Of a stretch of DNA of 64,000 nt, positions 1-10,240 are shown one piece after another; position 1 is the first letter of the stretch; every line of letters starts with the position of its first letter. Under the pieces are notes generated by a model. That model was not told the DNA's origin. It did no database searches and saw nothing but the letters and a program-made list of their open reading frames with translations. Source of the stretch: Bdellovibrionales bacterium (GTDB lineage: Bacteria; Bdellovibrionota; Bdellovibrionia; Bdellovibrionales; UBA1609). Position numbers and translations under genes: made by a program. The stretch is taken from NCBI GenBank assembly GCA_965261545.1, contig CBDHDF010000011.1:448001-512000 (forward strand), in the 5' to 3' direction.

Positions 1-471
1 GAGATTTGCAGGCATGTTAAGAAAACGTACACTCCACGCATAAGTAAAGAGTTTCACGAAGTAGCATACTCGATTTCAGTGGTTATTAAAGCAATTCATG
101 AGCTTGAACGAGTGATCGACAAGCTGGCTGAGATTTCACCTGATCGAGGTGAATATTGGCGAAATAAGATTGTCGAGAGTGACGAGGTGCGTACAAAATC
201 ACTTTCAAATGGAGTCGTAGGTTTAGCAGTAACATTTGGTGATTATGCGGTTGTTGAATTTGGCCCTACAGGAAACGCCGCTTATATCTACAAAAGGGAT
301 CAATTCGCAGAATTTATAGCAAAGCGTAGTGATTGGAAAGATAAGGAAATGACTGTATCCTTACCCGGATATACTAGAGATGATGGCACTCTATTCCACA
401 ATGCTTATGGGTGGGTCAATACTTTCGACGCTCTAGTTCAGCATTTGAAAAAATTAAGGAAAGATAAATAA
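1..471 (+). CDS. zorC: 5'-truncated EH_Signature-like protein, probable Zorya ZorC C-terminus
   Basis: Frame is open from base 1. Motif DRGEYW...FGDYAVVEFGPTGNAAYIY resembles the EH_Signature domain. Its stop overlaps the ATG of a SNF2-Mrr gene. Confidence 0.6.
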   Translation, partial: EICRHVKKTYTPRISKEFHEVAYSISVVIKAIHELERVIDKLAEISPDRGEYWRNKIVESDEVRTKSLSNGVVGLAVTFGDYAVVEFGPTGNAAYIYKRDQFAEFIAKRSDWKDKEMTVSLPGYTRDDGTLFHNAYGWVNTFDALVQHLKKLRKDK

Positions 472-3400
472 TGGGAATTTTTGATTTTTTTAAACGAGCA
501 AATTTAAATGTGACCTGGGAAGCTGGTCAACGTGGAATTAGGGTTTTTCTCAAAGAACAAAATGGTAAATCTCTGCTATTACCAATGTCGCAAGAGAGAG
601 GATTGGATCTTTCGAAATGGCAACCTGATGTTGCGCGTACTCTATACGATTTTGACATTGCTGTACGTCAGATTGGAAGCATTTCGGTGGAAACTTCCGA
701 GGAGCAACTGGGTTTTACCCCTGAAGAGTTAGCTGAAAAAAATTGTGGATACGAAAACAGTGGAATTTTCCTTAGTTATAAACTTATTAGTGCCATTCGT
801 TTTGGTGATGCTGAAGAGATCACTAGCATCTCTGAGTCGGATCTTCATTTTCTCAAGATACCCGAGTATGAGGAATTAAGAATCTCATTGTCTTCAACCG
901 GACTGTACAAACACAGTGATTTCAAATTCAAGCTGCATATTCAAGATAAAAGTGGTTCTTCAATAATTGTCAGAGAGACTTTAGGTCATTTTGTCATAAG
1001 TACTTCTGGAAAACGTTATTTTGTAAATCCACTTGTGATAGGACTCATCAGGCGTATCGAGTCACATAAAAAGTTGAGGAAAACAAATAAATACAAGAAA
1101 GATTTGGGTGTGCGAGTCAAAGATTTTTCCGAAGTAAGAGACCTTGCAATGCGAGTTCATGTAAATCTGGATGAGTTTATTTCTTCAGAAGATGCAGTTT
1201 ATCTGGACCATCTTCCCTATGAGTTGGGGAGAGATATCGATGGAGAATTAATTGCGTCTCCTCGAATGCCTATTGATCATCAGGATCACGATAGAACTCT
1301 TGAAAAGCAACTAAATTCTACGAGCAATCTATCAGAGGCCAGTTATTTGAACTTGAAAAATAAGCAAGGAAGTAAAGATACTACAAAACGCGTCTTTCTT
1401 AGTGATTCTATAAAAGACGATAATGAAAAACTTCAGAAATTCAATCGCTTGTCACGAATCCGTAAGGAGACCTTGGCAGAGTCTCCTGAAACTTACTTTG
1501 GTTATTCTCCGCGTGAATATATTGGAGAAAGCTTTTCAGATCGTGTCTCTGGATTTATCGTAGGGAAAGCTAAGTCCAATCGGGCAGATATTAGCGACGG
1601 AAAGGAATGGGGGCAAGGTTTTGAAGAAGAATCTACGATGCTTCGTGCGACAGACAACTCCACAGTTCAAATAAATTATAAGCCACTGCCAGAAGAATAT
1701 GCTGCGATCAAACGATTAATCCCAGAGTTGAAGCACGAAGAAGTTGAGAGTGAAATTGAAAAACGCAGGGAATCGGGAGCATCATTGACACCTCTTCCTA
1801 GGAAGGCAACTCCAACCATTTTTGTCCCAGAGCTGGGTGATGAATACAATAGATCTGAGCTAGAAAGATTTCTAAAACAGGTTGAGGATTCATATCAAGT
1901 TAGTATTGAAGACGAGGAAGCTCCCGTAGCCAGGGAAAAGATCGCTGAAGCAGAAAGAACAGACAACCATATTGTAGAGTGGAACATGTCTCTAGATTCT
2001 GAACTTAAATATATTCCTCTAGTTTCTTTAAAACGTGCTTTACCTAAAGAATCAGCACCACAAAAAGACAAAATAAGTCTTGCCGTCGAAGGTGAGACAA
2101 GAAGAATTGGAAGTCCTCCAACTTGGCATTGGCAATCCATTGATCATGAAGGTTTCTCTTTAGCACCTGGATTCAAGAGCAATGTTAAGCTTTGGCCCCA
2201 CCAAAGAGTGGGGTATGCTTGGCTACGATGGATTTACGAGCATCAATCGTATGGTGATAACCCTCAACATCGAGGTGCTTTGATAGCTGATGATATGGGT
2301 CTTGGGAAAACAGTTCAAGTGATTGCACTTATTTCTTACATTAAGTCGTTGAAGTTCAGACAGTCTAAGCCGATATTAATAATTGCTCCTTTGGGATTAA
2401 TTCGCACAAGTTGGTTGCAGGATGGTTTTGCTTCTTTTCTAGAACCTGATTTCCTAGGCATGAGAGACCCTCAATCATTCAACATGGTACTGAACTTTTC
2501 AGATTGTCCGTACAAGCCTGATTTCTTTTTATCTAAAAGTGAGGCAGAGCGAATCAATGACGAAATGCGTAAAGAAGGAAAGAATATTAATGAGTGCTCA
2601 ATTAGTTTCGAGGTTAAAGATTGTTTGGAGCGTGTAAAAGATTGGTGCTCAGACAAAATTGTCATTACGAGTTACGAGACAGCTAGAAATAGAGGAATTG
2701 CCTTGGCATCTGTCGACTTCTCCCTGGTAATTTTAGATGAAGCGCAAAAGATAAAGAATACAGGGACACTACAATCAAATTCTGTGAAAGCACTGAAGGG
2801 TGACATGTATATTGCAATGACCGGAACTCCTATTGAAAATTCTTTAATGGACCTCTGGGGAATCATGGATTTTGTATTGCCAGATCATCTAGGAACTCAG
2901 ACTGATTTCAGAGAAGCATTTGTAGCAAGAATAAAGGGCTCTCATGCTGGTTCAGAGAAACGCATTGAGGCTCGAAAGGAACTAGAGTCAGCTCTTGAAC
3001 CAGTTTGGTTGAGACGGACCAAGAAAGAGGTTTACAAGGATTCAGCAGAGATTCCTGATATAATTCATTACGATTCAACTCGGGATCCTCATGGAAATAT
3101 TTTGAATAAACATGAAATTGAAATGAGTGAAACACAGGAAGAGAGATATAGGCAGTTTGCAAGCCTCTATGGGACTGATTCTGGAGGGGGGCTCCCTGCG
3201 CTTAGAGCTATGCTAGATGCATGCTCCGCTCCTTGGGGGGCAGATAAAGAAGTGATTTGGAAAAACAAGAGCGAATTATTTCACCTGTGTCCAAAGCTAG
3301 AAGTGCTTATTTCAATCCTTGAAAAAATTAGATCAAATTCAGACGAAGAGGGGAGAAAAGTCATCCTTTTTGCGAATATTCGTTCAATTCAGAGTGACCT

Positions 3401-4313
3401 CGCATACTTTATTTTTGACTGGAACCGCAATACTGGAGGAGAGCATGTCGAAGTAGAAGTATACAATGGCAAGGTGCCAGATAAGAAACGAGGCGAAATT
3501 CTTAGTAGATTTAAATCTGCTCCAGGATTTGCGATAATAATAATTTCTCCAAAAGCAGGTGGACTTGGACTTAATTTAACTGAAGCAAACCATGTCATCC
3601 ATTATACAAGAGAGTGGAATCCTGCTCTTGAGCGGCAGGCTACTGATCGAGCATATCGATTGAAACAAAAGCGGACGGTTCATGTTTACTACCCAACTAC
3701 AATTGGACGAAGTTCATCAAGTCCATCTGCAGAACAACATTTAGCTGAACTTTTGAGAGAAAAAAGAGATATTATGGATGATTTTACAATTTCGTCTGAA
3801 GAATCAAGTCTTGACAAGAATCTTAAGGAACATCTTCAACATGAGTCATCAGAGGATTTTCAAATTTCATCCGACAAATTAGATTTGATTAACGATAAAG
3901 AATTTGAGGCATACATAGCGTGCTTGTTTGAGTTAGTAAGAAATATGGAGACCTATGTGGTTGGAAAATCAAGAGATCGTGGTGCAGACGTGGTATGCTT
4001 AGGATTAGGAGGTGACCAGTGTTTACTAATTCAAGTTAAACACACTTGTTCCAAAAATGAAGCTGGAACCAAGGCAATTCAAGAAATTCGTGGTGCTAAG
4101 TCAGTATACGAAAGTAGCTTAAAGAAAGCATTCTCTTTAGTTGCAGCAACAAATTCTAAGTTTAGTATTGATTCAGAAAATTTAGCATCACAAGGTGATA
4201 AAGTACAGTTAATAGATATTGGTGAAATATCAAAAATGAGCAGAGGGATAAAAATTAATAAGAGTGATTTACGGAAGAAATTAAACTCTAAGCCACCGTT
4301 TAATATTCCGTAA
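471..4313 (+). CDS. zorD: SNF2-family helicase with C-terminal Mrr-like nuclease, Zorya type I ZorD-like
   Basis: ALIADDMGLGKT, LDEAQKIKN, MTGTPIEN, GGLGLNL and WNPALERQATDRAYR helicase motifs. C-terminal EFE...DRGADV...IQVK Mrr-type motif. Confidence 0.75.
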   Translation: MGIFDFFKRANLNVTWEAGQRGIRVFLKEQNGKSLLLPMSQERGLDLSKWQPDVARTLYDFDIAVRQIGSISVETSEEQLGFTPEELAEKNCGYENSGIFLSYKLISAIRFGDAEEITSISESDLHFLKIPEYEELRISLSSTGLYKHSDFKFKLHIQDKSGSSIIVRETLGHFVISTSGKRYFVNPLVIGLIRRIESHKKLRKTNKYKKDLGVRVKDFSEVRDLAMRVHVNLDEFISSEDAVYLDHLPYELGRDIDGELIASPRMPIDHQDHDRTLEKQLNSTSNLSEASYLNLKNKQGSKDTTKRVFLSDSIKDDNEKLQKFNRLSRIRKETLAESPETYFGYSPREYIGESFSDRVSGFIVGKAKSNRADISDGKEWGQGFEEESTMLRATDNSTVQINYKPLPEEYAAIKRLIPELKHEEVESEIEKRRESGASLTPLPRKATPTIFVPELGDEYNRSELERFLKQVEDSYQVSIEDEEAPVAREKIAEAERTDNHIVEWNMSLDSELKYIPLVSLKRALPKESAPQKDKISLAVEGETRRIGSPPTWHWQSIDHEGFSLAPGFKSNVKLWPHQRVGYAWLRWIYEHQSYGDNPQHRGALIADDMGLGKTVQVIALISYIKSLKFRQSKPILIIAPLGLIRTSWLQDGFASFLEPDFLGMRDPQSFNMVLNFSDCPYKPDFFLSKSEAERINDEMRKEGKNINECSISFEVKDCLERVKDWCSDKIVITSYETARNRGIALASVDFSLVILDEAQKIKNTGTLQSNSVKALKGDMYIAMTGTPIENSLMDLWGIMDFVLPDHLGTQTDFREAFVARIKGSHAGSEKRIEARKELESALEPVWLRRTKKEVYKDSAEIPDIIHYDSTRDPHGNILNKHEIEMSETQEERYRQFASLYGTDSGGGLPALRAMLDACSAPWGADKEVIWKNKSELFHLCPKLEVLISILEKIRSNSDEEGRKVILFANIRSIQSDLAYFIFDWNRNTGGEHVEVEVYNGKVPDKKRGEILSRFKSAPGFAIIIISPKAGGLGLNLTEANHVIHYTREWNPALERQATDRAYRLKQKRTVHVYYPTTIGRSSSSPSAEQHLAELLREKRDIMDDFTISSEESSLDKNLKEHLQHESSEDFQISSDKLDLINDKEFEAYIACLFELVRNMETYVVGKSRDRGADVVCLGLGGDQCLLIQVKHTCSKNEAGTKAIQEIRGAKSVYESSLKKAFSLVAATNSKFSIDSENLASQGDKVQLIDIGEISKMSRGIKINKSDLRKKLNSKPPFNIP

Positions 4314-4337
4314 CATTTTTTAGAAAGATGAGGAAAG

Positions 4338-4547
4338 ATGGAAGATTTAGTGGGTGTGGAAAGAGAAGAAAAGAAAGAAATCTTAATCAAAGCGCATCAA
4401 TGGCAACTTGATATGAATCGTCCAATTGAAAAATTAGAAGACGCTAGTCAAATTGAACCTGACTTTGTTTTAAAAGTAAGAAAGTTGTGGCCTGGAGGAT
4501 TAGGTTCGTTTCTGAATGATTTAGCAAGATTTGGTCTTGAATCGTGA
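4338..4547 (+). CDS. small hypothetical protein
   Basis: 69-aa ORF with a GAGGA RBS, co-oriented after zorD. No recognised domain. Confidence 0.35.
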   Translation: MEDLVGVEREEKKEILIKAHQWQLDMNRPIEKLEDASQIEPDFVLKVRKLWPGGLGSFLNDLARFGLES

Positions 4548-4719
4548 GGGCTCTAATCTGTCGAAGACAGAACTAAGAATTAAATCTGGAACCTAGTCTT
4601 AACTTATAAACTTATCTCACAACCATGAATAAGGTAGAAAGAAATTATGTTTGTTGTTTGAAAGAATAATTACAAGTAAGGAAATAAAGTCGAAACTATT
4701 TTTTCTAAAAATTATTTAG

Positions 4720-6984
4720 GTGAAAGAAATGATCTTGAAAATTAAAAATATAAAAAATTTTGGTGTGTTTAATAAAGACTTAATAGACCATCCGTCATTA
4801 GAATTTAAAAGATACAATCTAATTTATGGTTGGAATGCTTCAGGAAAGACGACACTTTCTCGTCTTCTCAGGTGCTTTGAGCTAGAAACAATTCATAGTG
4901 ATTTTCCTAATTCTGAATTTCAACTACAAATGGAAGATAAATCATCGCCCAATCATAAGAATTTAGATAAAATTTCAAATATCAGAGTGTTCAATAAAGA
5001 TTTTATAGATGAAAATATTTTTACGGGAGAAGGTAGAGCCAAACCTATATATTATATAGGAGAAGAAGATATAGAGAAGAAGAAAAAATTAGAAAATCTT
5101 AAAAAAATAAGAGAATGTAAAGAAAACAAGAAAGATTCTAAGCAAAAATATCTTCAAGAAAAAGAAAAAGAAGAAGATAATTTTATTAAATCCAAGTCGA
5201 GTGAAATAAAAAACGTATTAAGAACAGGAGAAAATGATGAATATACAAATTATGATAAATCAAATTTTAAATCTAAAATAAAGCAAATTGACAAAGAAAC
5301 ACATAAAATTTTACCTGAAAATGAGCTTGATCAAAAGAAAATAAGAATTAAACAAAATTTAAAAGGTAATATAGATTTTTTTCAAGAAAAAGACTTATTT
5401 GATGAACAAGATATTAAAGATGTAAATGAGATTTTAGAAAAAGAAGTTATTTCAGAAATTATAGAAAAATTAAAACATAACGAGGATCTTAACAAATGGA
5501 TTAAGGAAGGACTGAGTTTATATAATCAATCTGACAAAAGTATATGCCACTTTTGCGAGCAACCTGTGTCAAAACAAAGGATTGAGTCTTTAGAAAAACA
5601 TTTCAATGATGACTATAAAGACCTCATGTCTAAGGTAGACAGCCAGAAAAAGGTCTTGGAATCAAAAAAAAATAAATCTTCAGAATTAAATAAAGATTCT
5701 TTATATGATGATTTATCCTCAGAATTTGAAGTAAGAAAAAATGAACTAGACAAAGAAATAGAGAAATACAATCAGTTTATAGTTGGAATATCGGATCAGA
5801 TAGATAAGAAGAAAAATAATCCATTTCAAAAAATGAAAAGAATAAACTATAAATATTTTGAAATAAATAATTTAATTCAAAGATGCAACGATTTTATAAA
5901 TAAACATAACGAAAAAACTATGAATTTTAATGCTCAACGATTGAAAGAAAAAAAAGATATTGAAAATCATTTTTTATCTAAATCTCAAGAAGAATATGAA
6001 AATTTTGAGAGCACAATTATCGATTTTGAAAATAATATAAAGAATCTTAAAGATGAAGTTTCCAAGATAGATATAGAGATAAATCAATTATTTCACACAG
6101 AAAGAGATTATAAAATAACAGCCCAAGAAATCAATAAAAAATTGAGAAAATTTTTATACAGAGAAGAGTTGATATTTGAGGCCGCAGAAGAACAGGAGGA
6201 CGGATACTATATCAAGAGGTATCCCAATGGTGAATTTGCAAAATCTCTTAGCGAAGGTGAAAAAACAGCAATTGCTTTGATGTACTTTCTCTCAAAGTTA
6301 AAGGAAGAAAATTTTGATTTATGTAATGGAATTATTGTTATAGATGACCCTATTTCTAGTCTTGATTCCAATTCTATTTATCAAGCCTTCGGTTTTATAA
6401 AATCAGAAATAAGTGATGCAAATCAAATATTTATATTAACTCATAATTTTGATTTCTTTAAAAATGTTAAACACTGGTTTAAAAGGGATTATATGAAGGA
6501 TAAAAGTAAAAGAATGGCAGACCTTTTTATGATAAAGAATTTTTATGAAGAGAAGAAAAGAATGGCAACGGTAAGTCCTCTTGATAATTTATTGAAAAAA
6601 TATAATTCAGAGTATCATTACCTTTTTAAATTACTATATGATTCAAGAGATATGGAATCCTTTGTAGAAGTATATCCACTTCCTAATGTCGCAAGAAAAT
6701 TTATGGAAACTTTCTTGCCTTTTAAGTTTCCTTCAGAAACAAACCATGACAAACTCTTCTCTAAAGCAAAGAAGAAGGTTGGTTTTGACCCTGAAAAAAT
6801 AGAAAAAATAAAAAGATTTATAAATGCTCATTCTCATGCAGATATAGATGAGATGACTGGTTGGGATATAAGCCAATGGAGCGAGGGCAAAGACATTATA
6901 AGGGATATTTTAGACCTTGTTAAAAAGTTAGATGAAGAACATTATGAAGGGCTTTGTAAAGCCTTAAATAAAAGTACGCAGTAG
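4720..6984 (+). CDS. rloC: RloC-like AAA_13/ABC ATPase with zinc hook and HEPN nuclease
   Basis: Walker A YGWNASGKTT, coiled coil with CHFC hook, LSEGEK signature, IDDPISSLD, LTHN, C-terminal RFINAHSH (HEPN-like R-x4-H/R-x6-H). Confidence 0.8.
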   Translation: MKEMILKIKNIKNFGVFNKDLIDHPSLEFKRYNLIYGWNASGKTTLSRLLRCFELETIHSDFPNSEFQLQMEDKSSPNHKNLDKISNIRVFNKDFIDENIFTGEGRAKPIYYIGEEDIEKKKKLENLKKIRECKENKKDSKQKYLQEKEKEEDNFIKSKSSEIKNVLRTGENDEYTNYDKSNFKSKIKQIDKETHKILPENELDQKKIRIKQNLKGNIDFFQEKDLFDEQDIKDVNEILEKEVISEIIEKLKHNEDLNKWIKEGLSLYNQSDKSICHFCEQPVSKQRIESLEKHFNDDYKDLMSKVDSQKKVLESKKNKSSELNKDSLYDDLSSEFEVRKNELDKEIEKYNQFIVGISDQIDKKKNNPFQKMKRINYKYFEINNLIQRCNDFINKHNEKTMNFNAQRLKEKKDIENHFLSKSQEEYENFESTIIDFENNIKNLKDEVSKIDIEINQLFHTERDYKITAQEINKKLRKFLYREELIFEAAEEQEDGYYIKRYPNGEFAKSLSEGEKTAIALMYFLSKLKEENFDLCNGIIVIDDPISSLDSNSIYQAFGFIKSEISDANQIFILTHNFDFFKNVKHWFKRDYMKDKSKRMADLFMIKNFYEEKKRMATVSPLDNLLKKYNSEYHYLFKLLYDSRDMESFVEVYPLPNVARKFMETFLPFKFPSETNHDKLFSKAKKKVGFDPEKIEKIKRFINAHSHADIDEMTGWDISQWSEGKDIIRDILDLVKKLDEEHYEGLCKALNKSTQ

Positions 6985-7095
6985 TAGTGATTTTTTGTCT
7001 TTCTTACACATCATTTATAAAATAAACACCCCTTACATTTCTCTAACCAAGGAGGTTCGCGCCCACCGATTTACTATTACACATGGCAATATAGC

Positions 7096-7416
7096 ATGAT
7101 CTTTCACCCATTATCTTCGATAAGGAGGTCATTATTTCTCATGAAAAATCAAAAAAAGGCGGGAGAGATCAAGACATGCTCTAAGTGCTTCAGAGAGTTG
7201 CATTTAGATCAGTTTTATTCTAAAGGAAATCGCATAGATAGCTGTTGCAAGGCGTGTAAAAAAGCGCAAGTTCGGTCTACATATGTAGCCAGAAAACATC
7301 CCATAAATTTAAGAAAACTCCAAGAGTTTGTTACTATGGCCTGTGAGCTTGAAATGAAAAGGCTCGACCAGATTATCAACCAACTCGATGAAATCATCGA
7401 AAGGAGAACAAGATGA
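7096..7416 (+). CDS. small CxxC...CxxC zinc-finger protein (likely start 7141) coupled to the recombinase
   Basis: CSKC...CKAC. AGGAGG lies before ATG 7141. ATGA overlap with the LSR. Confidence 0.6.
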   Translation: MIFHPLSSIRRSLFLMKNQKKAGEIKTCSKCFRELHLDQFYSKGNRIDSCCKACKKAQVRSTYVARKHPINLRKLQEFVTMACELEMKRLDQIINQLDEIIERRTR

Positions 7417-9323
7417 CAGCAGCCATTGATTACAATCATTTAAAAGATTTACCCGATCATGAGAAGGCCAAAATTGCAGATATTCTTCTCAAAAGTTCAA
7501 GGGGGAATTTGGGAGGAAGGCGTCTATTTCTAGCCAAGCAAAGCACTCCTGAAAATGTTTGTGTGGAGTTTTGGAGGGTGTCTTCGACCGACCAAAGAGA
7601 TGGATTTTCATTAAAAGCCCAAGAAGAGAAGGCCAAGGAGTACAGTGACCTTAACAGCCTTAAGAGTTCCAAAAATTGGTCGGTGAGTGAGTCTGCCTCC
7701 CAGGAGTTTGACCGAAAGAAATTTTTTGAAATGATTGATTATGTCACTGAAAACGGGATTAAGAATGTTGTCTTTGATAAAGTCGATCGAGCTTGTCGTG
7801 GTCTTAGGGCTGCGGTTGTGATTGAGGACCTTATCGAGTCAGGGGTTTGCTTTCATTTTGTCCGAGATAACCTTGTGGTGAACAAGGAGTCTGCCCCCAG
7901 TGAGAAGCTGCGGTTTTATCTCGGAGTTGTCTTGGCTAAGTGGTATATTGATAACTTGAAGTCTGAGATCAAGAAAGGTCTTCATGGCCGCCTTGAAAAT
8001 GGCTACTTCAATGCCAAAGCCCCTGTGGGCTATCGCAATGTTCGCCCTGAGTTTGGAAAAGCCAACCTTGAAGTACACCCAGAGATCGGCCCTTTTATTG
8101 CCGATTGCTTTGAACTCTACAAAACGGGCAATTATTCCAAAAGGGACTTGGAAAAAATTGGTTTGGAGAGAAAAATCAAGTGGATTGTGAAAAGAAGGGT
8201 CTTTGATAAAAACGGAGAAGCCCAGGTGGTGGCTCAAGAAAAGTTTGTCACCCATAAGGCTTTGGAGAGAGTGTTAAGTAACCCTGTCTATTGCCATTAC
8301 AGACGAGTTTCCAAGAGTTCCCCAAATTATAAGAACTGTGGAGGCTCTAATGGTTTTACGGGGTCTAAGAAGGGGCTTACAGGCTCTGAGGGCTCTACAG
8401 ACTCAAGAGGTAGAGGTTCTAGTGGCTCCAAGAGGAGCTGGAAAAGTCCTGGTGGCTTTGAGTATGTGAAAAATGCCAAGTGGCCAGCTTTGATTAGCTT
8501 TGAGACCTTTATGGCTTGCCAGAAGATCCGTGGGATCAGAGCGCAGTCCACCAAGCTCAATTTGGCCGGAAGAGTCTCCAAGCCCCTCATGCAACTTATG
8601 AAGTGCGGGACCTGCGATCACCACATCACGGGGCAGTCTAAGAAAAAAGCATCAGGCAAGATTTATACCTATTATCATTGTGCCAATAAGAGGTGTGAGC
8701 AATACAGTGTGTACACGGAGCAAAGAAGACTCATTGCGCAGTTCTCGGCGGCCTTTGAGCCCTTTCAGCGTTTTACTCCAAAGGCTACGGCTGCCTTTAT
8801 AAAAATGGTGCAAGGTCGTATCAGCCAACTGAGTGGGCACTCCACAGAAAAGGTCAACCAACTTCGAGAAAAGAAAACCCAGCTTCAAGATCGTATGGCA
8901 CAGATTCATGATCTTTATGAAAAGGGCTTACTGAGCCACGAGGAAGCCTTGGAGTTTCAGGCCATAAAAGAACGGGAGCTTGAAAAAATTGGAAAAGATA
9001 TAATGCTTCACGGTATTTCTGTAACGCAAGGTGGAGAAGGGAGTTGGGGAGGCGTATCAGAAGTTCAAGGGGATTGGCGGATTGCGTTAGATCTCATAGA
9101 ACTTTTGAAAACATCTCATGATTTCATGCAGTTAGATGGCTTTGAGGGCCAAAAAGCACGGATCTATAGATCCATGCTCTCGAACCCGACTTTAAAAGAC
9201 GGAACTATTGAATATCGCTATGCAAAATGGTTTGCGGACCTCCTGTTATTGACAGGGGGTCGCAACTGGTGGACGCTCCCAACCGATATGCAGAATCCGA
9301 CCTCAATTCTGAATTTACAATAG
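7413..9323 (+). CDS. large serine recombinase of element A
   Basis: RVSSTDQ catalytic motif, DKVDR, APVGY recombinase domain, CGTC...YYHC zinc ribbon, coiled coil. Reads through TGGTGG (WW) at the att core. Confidence 0.9.
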   Translation: MTAAIDYNHLKDLPDHEKAKIADILLKSSRGNLGGRRLFLAKQSTPENVCVEFWRVSSTDQRDGFSLKAQEEKAKEYSDLNSLKSSKNWSVSESASQEFDRKKFFEMIDYVTENGIKNVVFDKVDRACRGLRAAVVIEDLIESGVCFHFVRDNLVVNKESAPSEKLRFYLGVVLAKWYIDNLKSEIKKGLHGRLENGYFNAKAPVGYRNVRPEFGKANLEVHPEIGPFIADCFELYKTGNYSKRDLEKIGLERKIKWIVKRRVFDKNGEAQVVAQEKFVTHKALERVLSNPVYCHYRRVSKSSPNYKNCGGSNGFTGSKKGLTGSEGSTDSRGRGSSGSKRSWKSPGGFEYVKNAKWPALISFETFMACQKIRGIRAQSTKLNLAGRVSKPLMQLMKCGTCDHHITGQSKKKASGKIYTYYHCANKRCEQYSVYTEQRRLIAQFSAAFEPFQRFTPKATAAFIKMVQGRISQLSGHSTEKVNQLREKKTQLQDRMAQIHDLYEKGLLSHEEALEFQAIKERELEKIGKDIMLHGISVTQGGEGSWGGVSEVQGDWRIALDLIELLKTSHDFMQLDGFEGQKARIYRSMLSNPTLKDGTIEYRYAKWFADLLLLTGGRNWWTLPTDMQNPTSILNLQ

Positions 9324-9874
9324 AATCAACTACTTACATAACTTCCCCCTCCATTTCTAAGGCCGTGCTCAAGGCAAAATATCTTGAAAATCGGCTCTCC
9401 ACGAGGGCCATTTCCCAAGAGTTTGCGTGCTCAAAAACACATATCCGCGACCTACTTATCCGGTACAATATCCCCCTCCGAGAATCATATGCACACCCCC
9501 GCCCCATCTATGGCAACAAGAAAGTCGGCGGAAAGCTCCTTGACCACAAGGCTGAACTAAAGGCAACGGCCACCATCAAAAGCATGTACGAAGAGGAGGG
9601 GCTTCGCCCCACAGCCATTGCAAGACTTCTCGATACCATGAAAGTCCCCACAAGAAAGCAAGGTAAGAGCTGGCACCACGACATGGTCATCACCATTCTC
9701 AAGAGAGAGGGGATTTACAAGCCAACGAGAGCCACACCTCGGACTCCGAGCGGGACACCAAAAATCCAACCAAAAACCAAAGAGAAAATACAAGCAACAA
9801 CTGGCTCCCCCCATGACCCCGATGGGCATGGGGGCTTAACAAAAGGAGAGCAAAATGAATACAGACATCGTTAA
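9266..9874 (+). CDS. left-end ORF with HTH and recombinase-type DNA-binding domain (start uncertain)
   Basis: LSTRAISQEFACSKTHIR (HTH-like) and YG...AIARLL...VPTRKQGKSW...V..IL (recombinase domain-like). Frame is open across the att core. Confidence 0.6.
   Translation: MVDAPNRYAESDLNSEFTIESTTYITSPSISKAVLKAKYLENRLSTRAISQEFACSKTHIRDLLIRYNIPLRESYAHPRPIYGNKKVGGKLLDHKAELKATATIKSMYEEEGLRPTAIARLLDTMKVPTRKQGKSWHHDMVITILKREGIYKPTRATPRTPSGTPKIQPKTKEKIQATTGSPHDPDGHGGLTKGEQNEYRHR
9267..9273. other. att core TGGTGGA at the A/B junction
   Basis: Identical to 22062-22068 and to the tRNA 3' end at 59917-59923. The 0.8-kb left-end repeat begins exactly here. Confidence 0.8.
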
Positions 9875-10031
9875 GGTCATTATGACTATCTTACTACTTC
9901 TAGGCTCAGGCTATGCAGCCCCCACCATTTTCTCAAAGATAGAGCGCATGGCTCTCACTCGGATTGCCAAAGGGCTCTCATCATCAGAGCGATTCGCTGA
10001 GAAGCTTACTGGGAAGAAACTGGATTTTTAG
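9855..10031 (+). CDS. 58-aa membrane/secreted peptide MNTDIVKVIMTILLLLGSGYAAP...
   Basis: AGGAG RBS and hydrophobic N-terminus. Conserved second copy at 22659-22835. Below the ORF-track cutoff. Confidence 0.65.
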   Translation: MNTDIVKVIMTILLLLGSGYAAPTIFSKIERMALTRIAKGLSSSERFAEKLTGKKLDF

Positions 10032-10240
10032 TTTGGGAGGTGAGCGTTAAGGGATTCCTGAACTTTATCTCCTTCCCACAAAGTGCTGTTGCATCACTTA
10101 AAAATCCGGTTTTTTGGTCTGGAAATGAGGTCCATCTTACCTTAGCCCTTGATTTAGTGGGGACCCAGAGGCTATAAACCAACCACAATTCGTTTAAAAA
10201 ACCTCCATTTTTTTTGGAGTTCCAGACATAGGGGACGCAG

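Larger units (their letters stand above)
9267..10071 (+). repeat. left-end module, copy 1 (diverged direct repeat of 22062-22875)
   Basis: Aligns by eye from TGGTGGACGCTCCCAACCGATATGCAGAATCCG to CTGAACTTTATCTC. Confidence 0.9.

Noticed and set aside
9267..10071. Repeat pair as a DGR template/variable region or an assembly duplicate
   Set aside because: No reverse transcriptase, differences are not adenine-specific, and the copies are clearly diverged.
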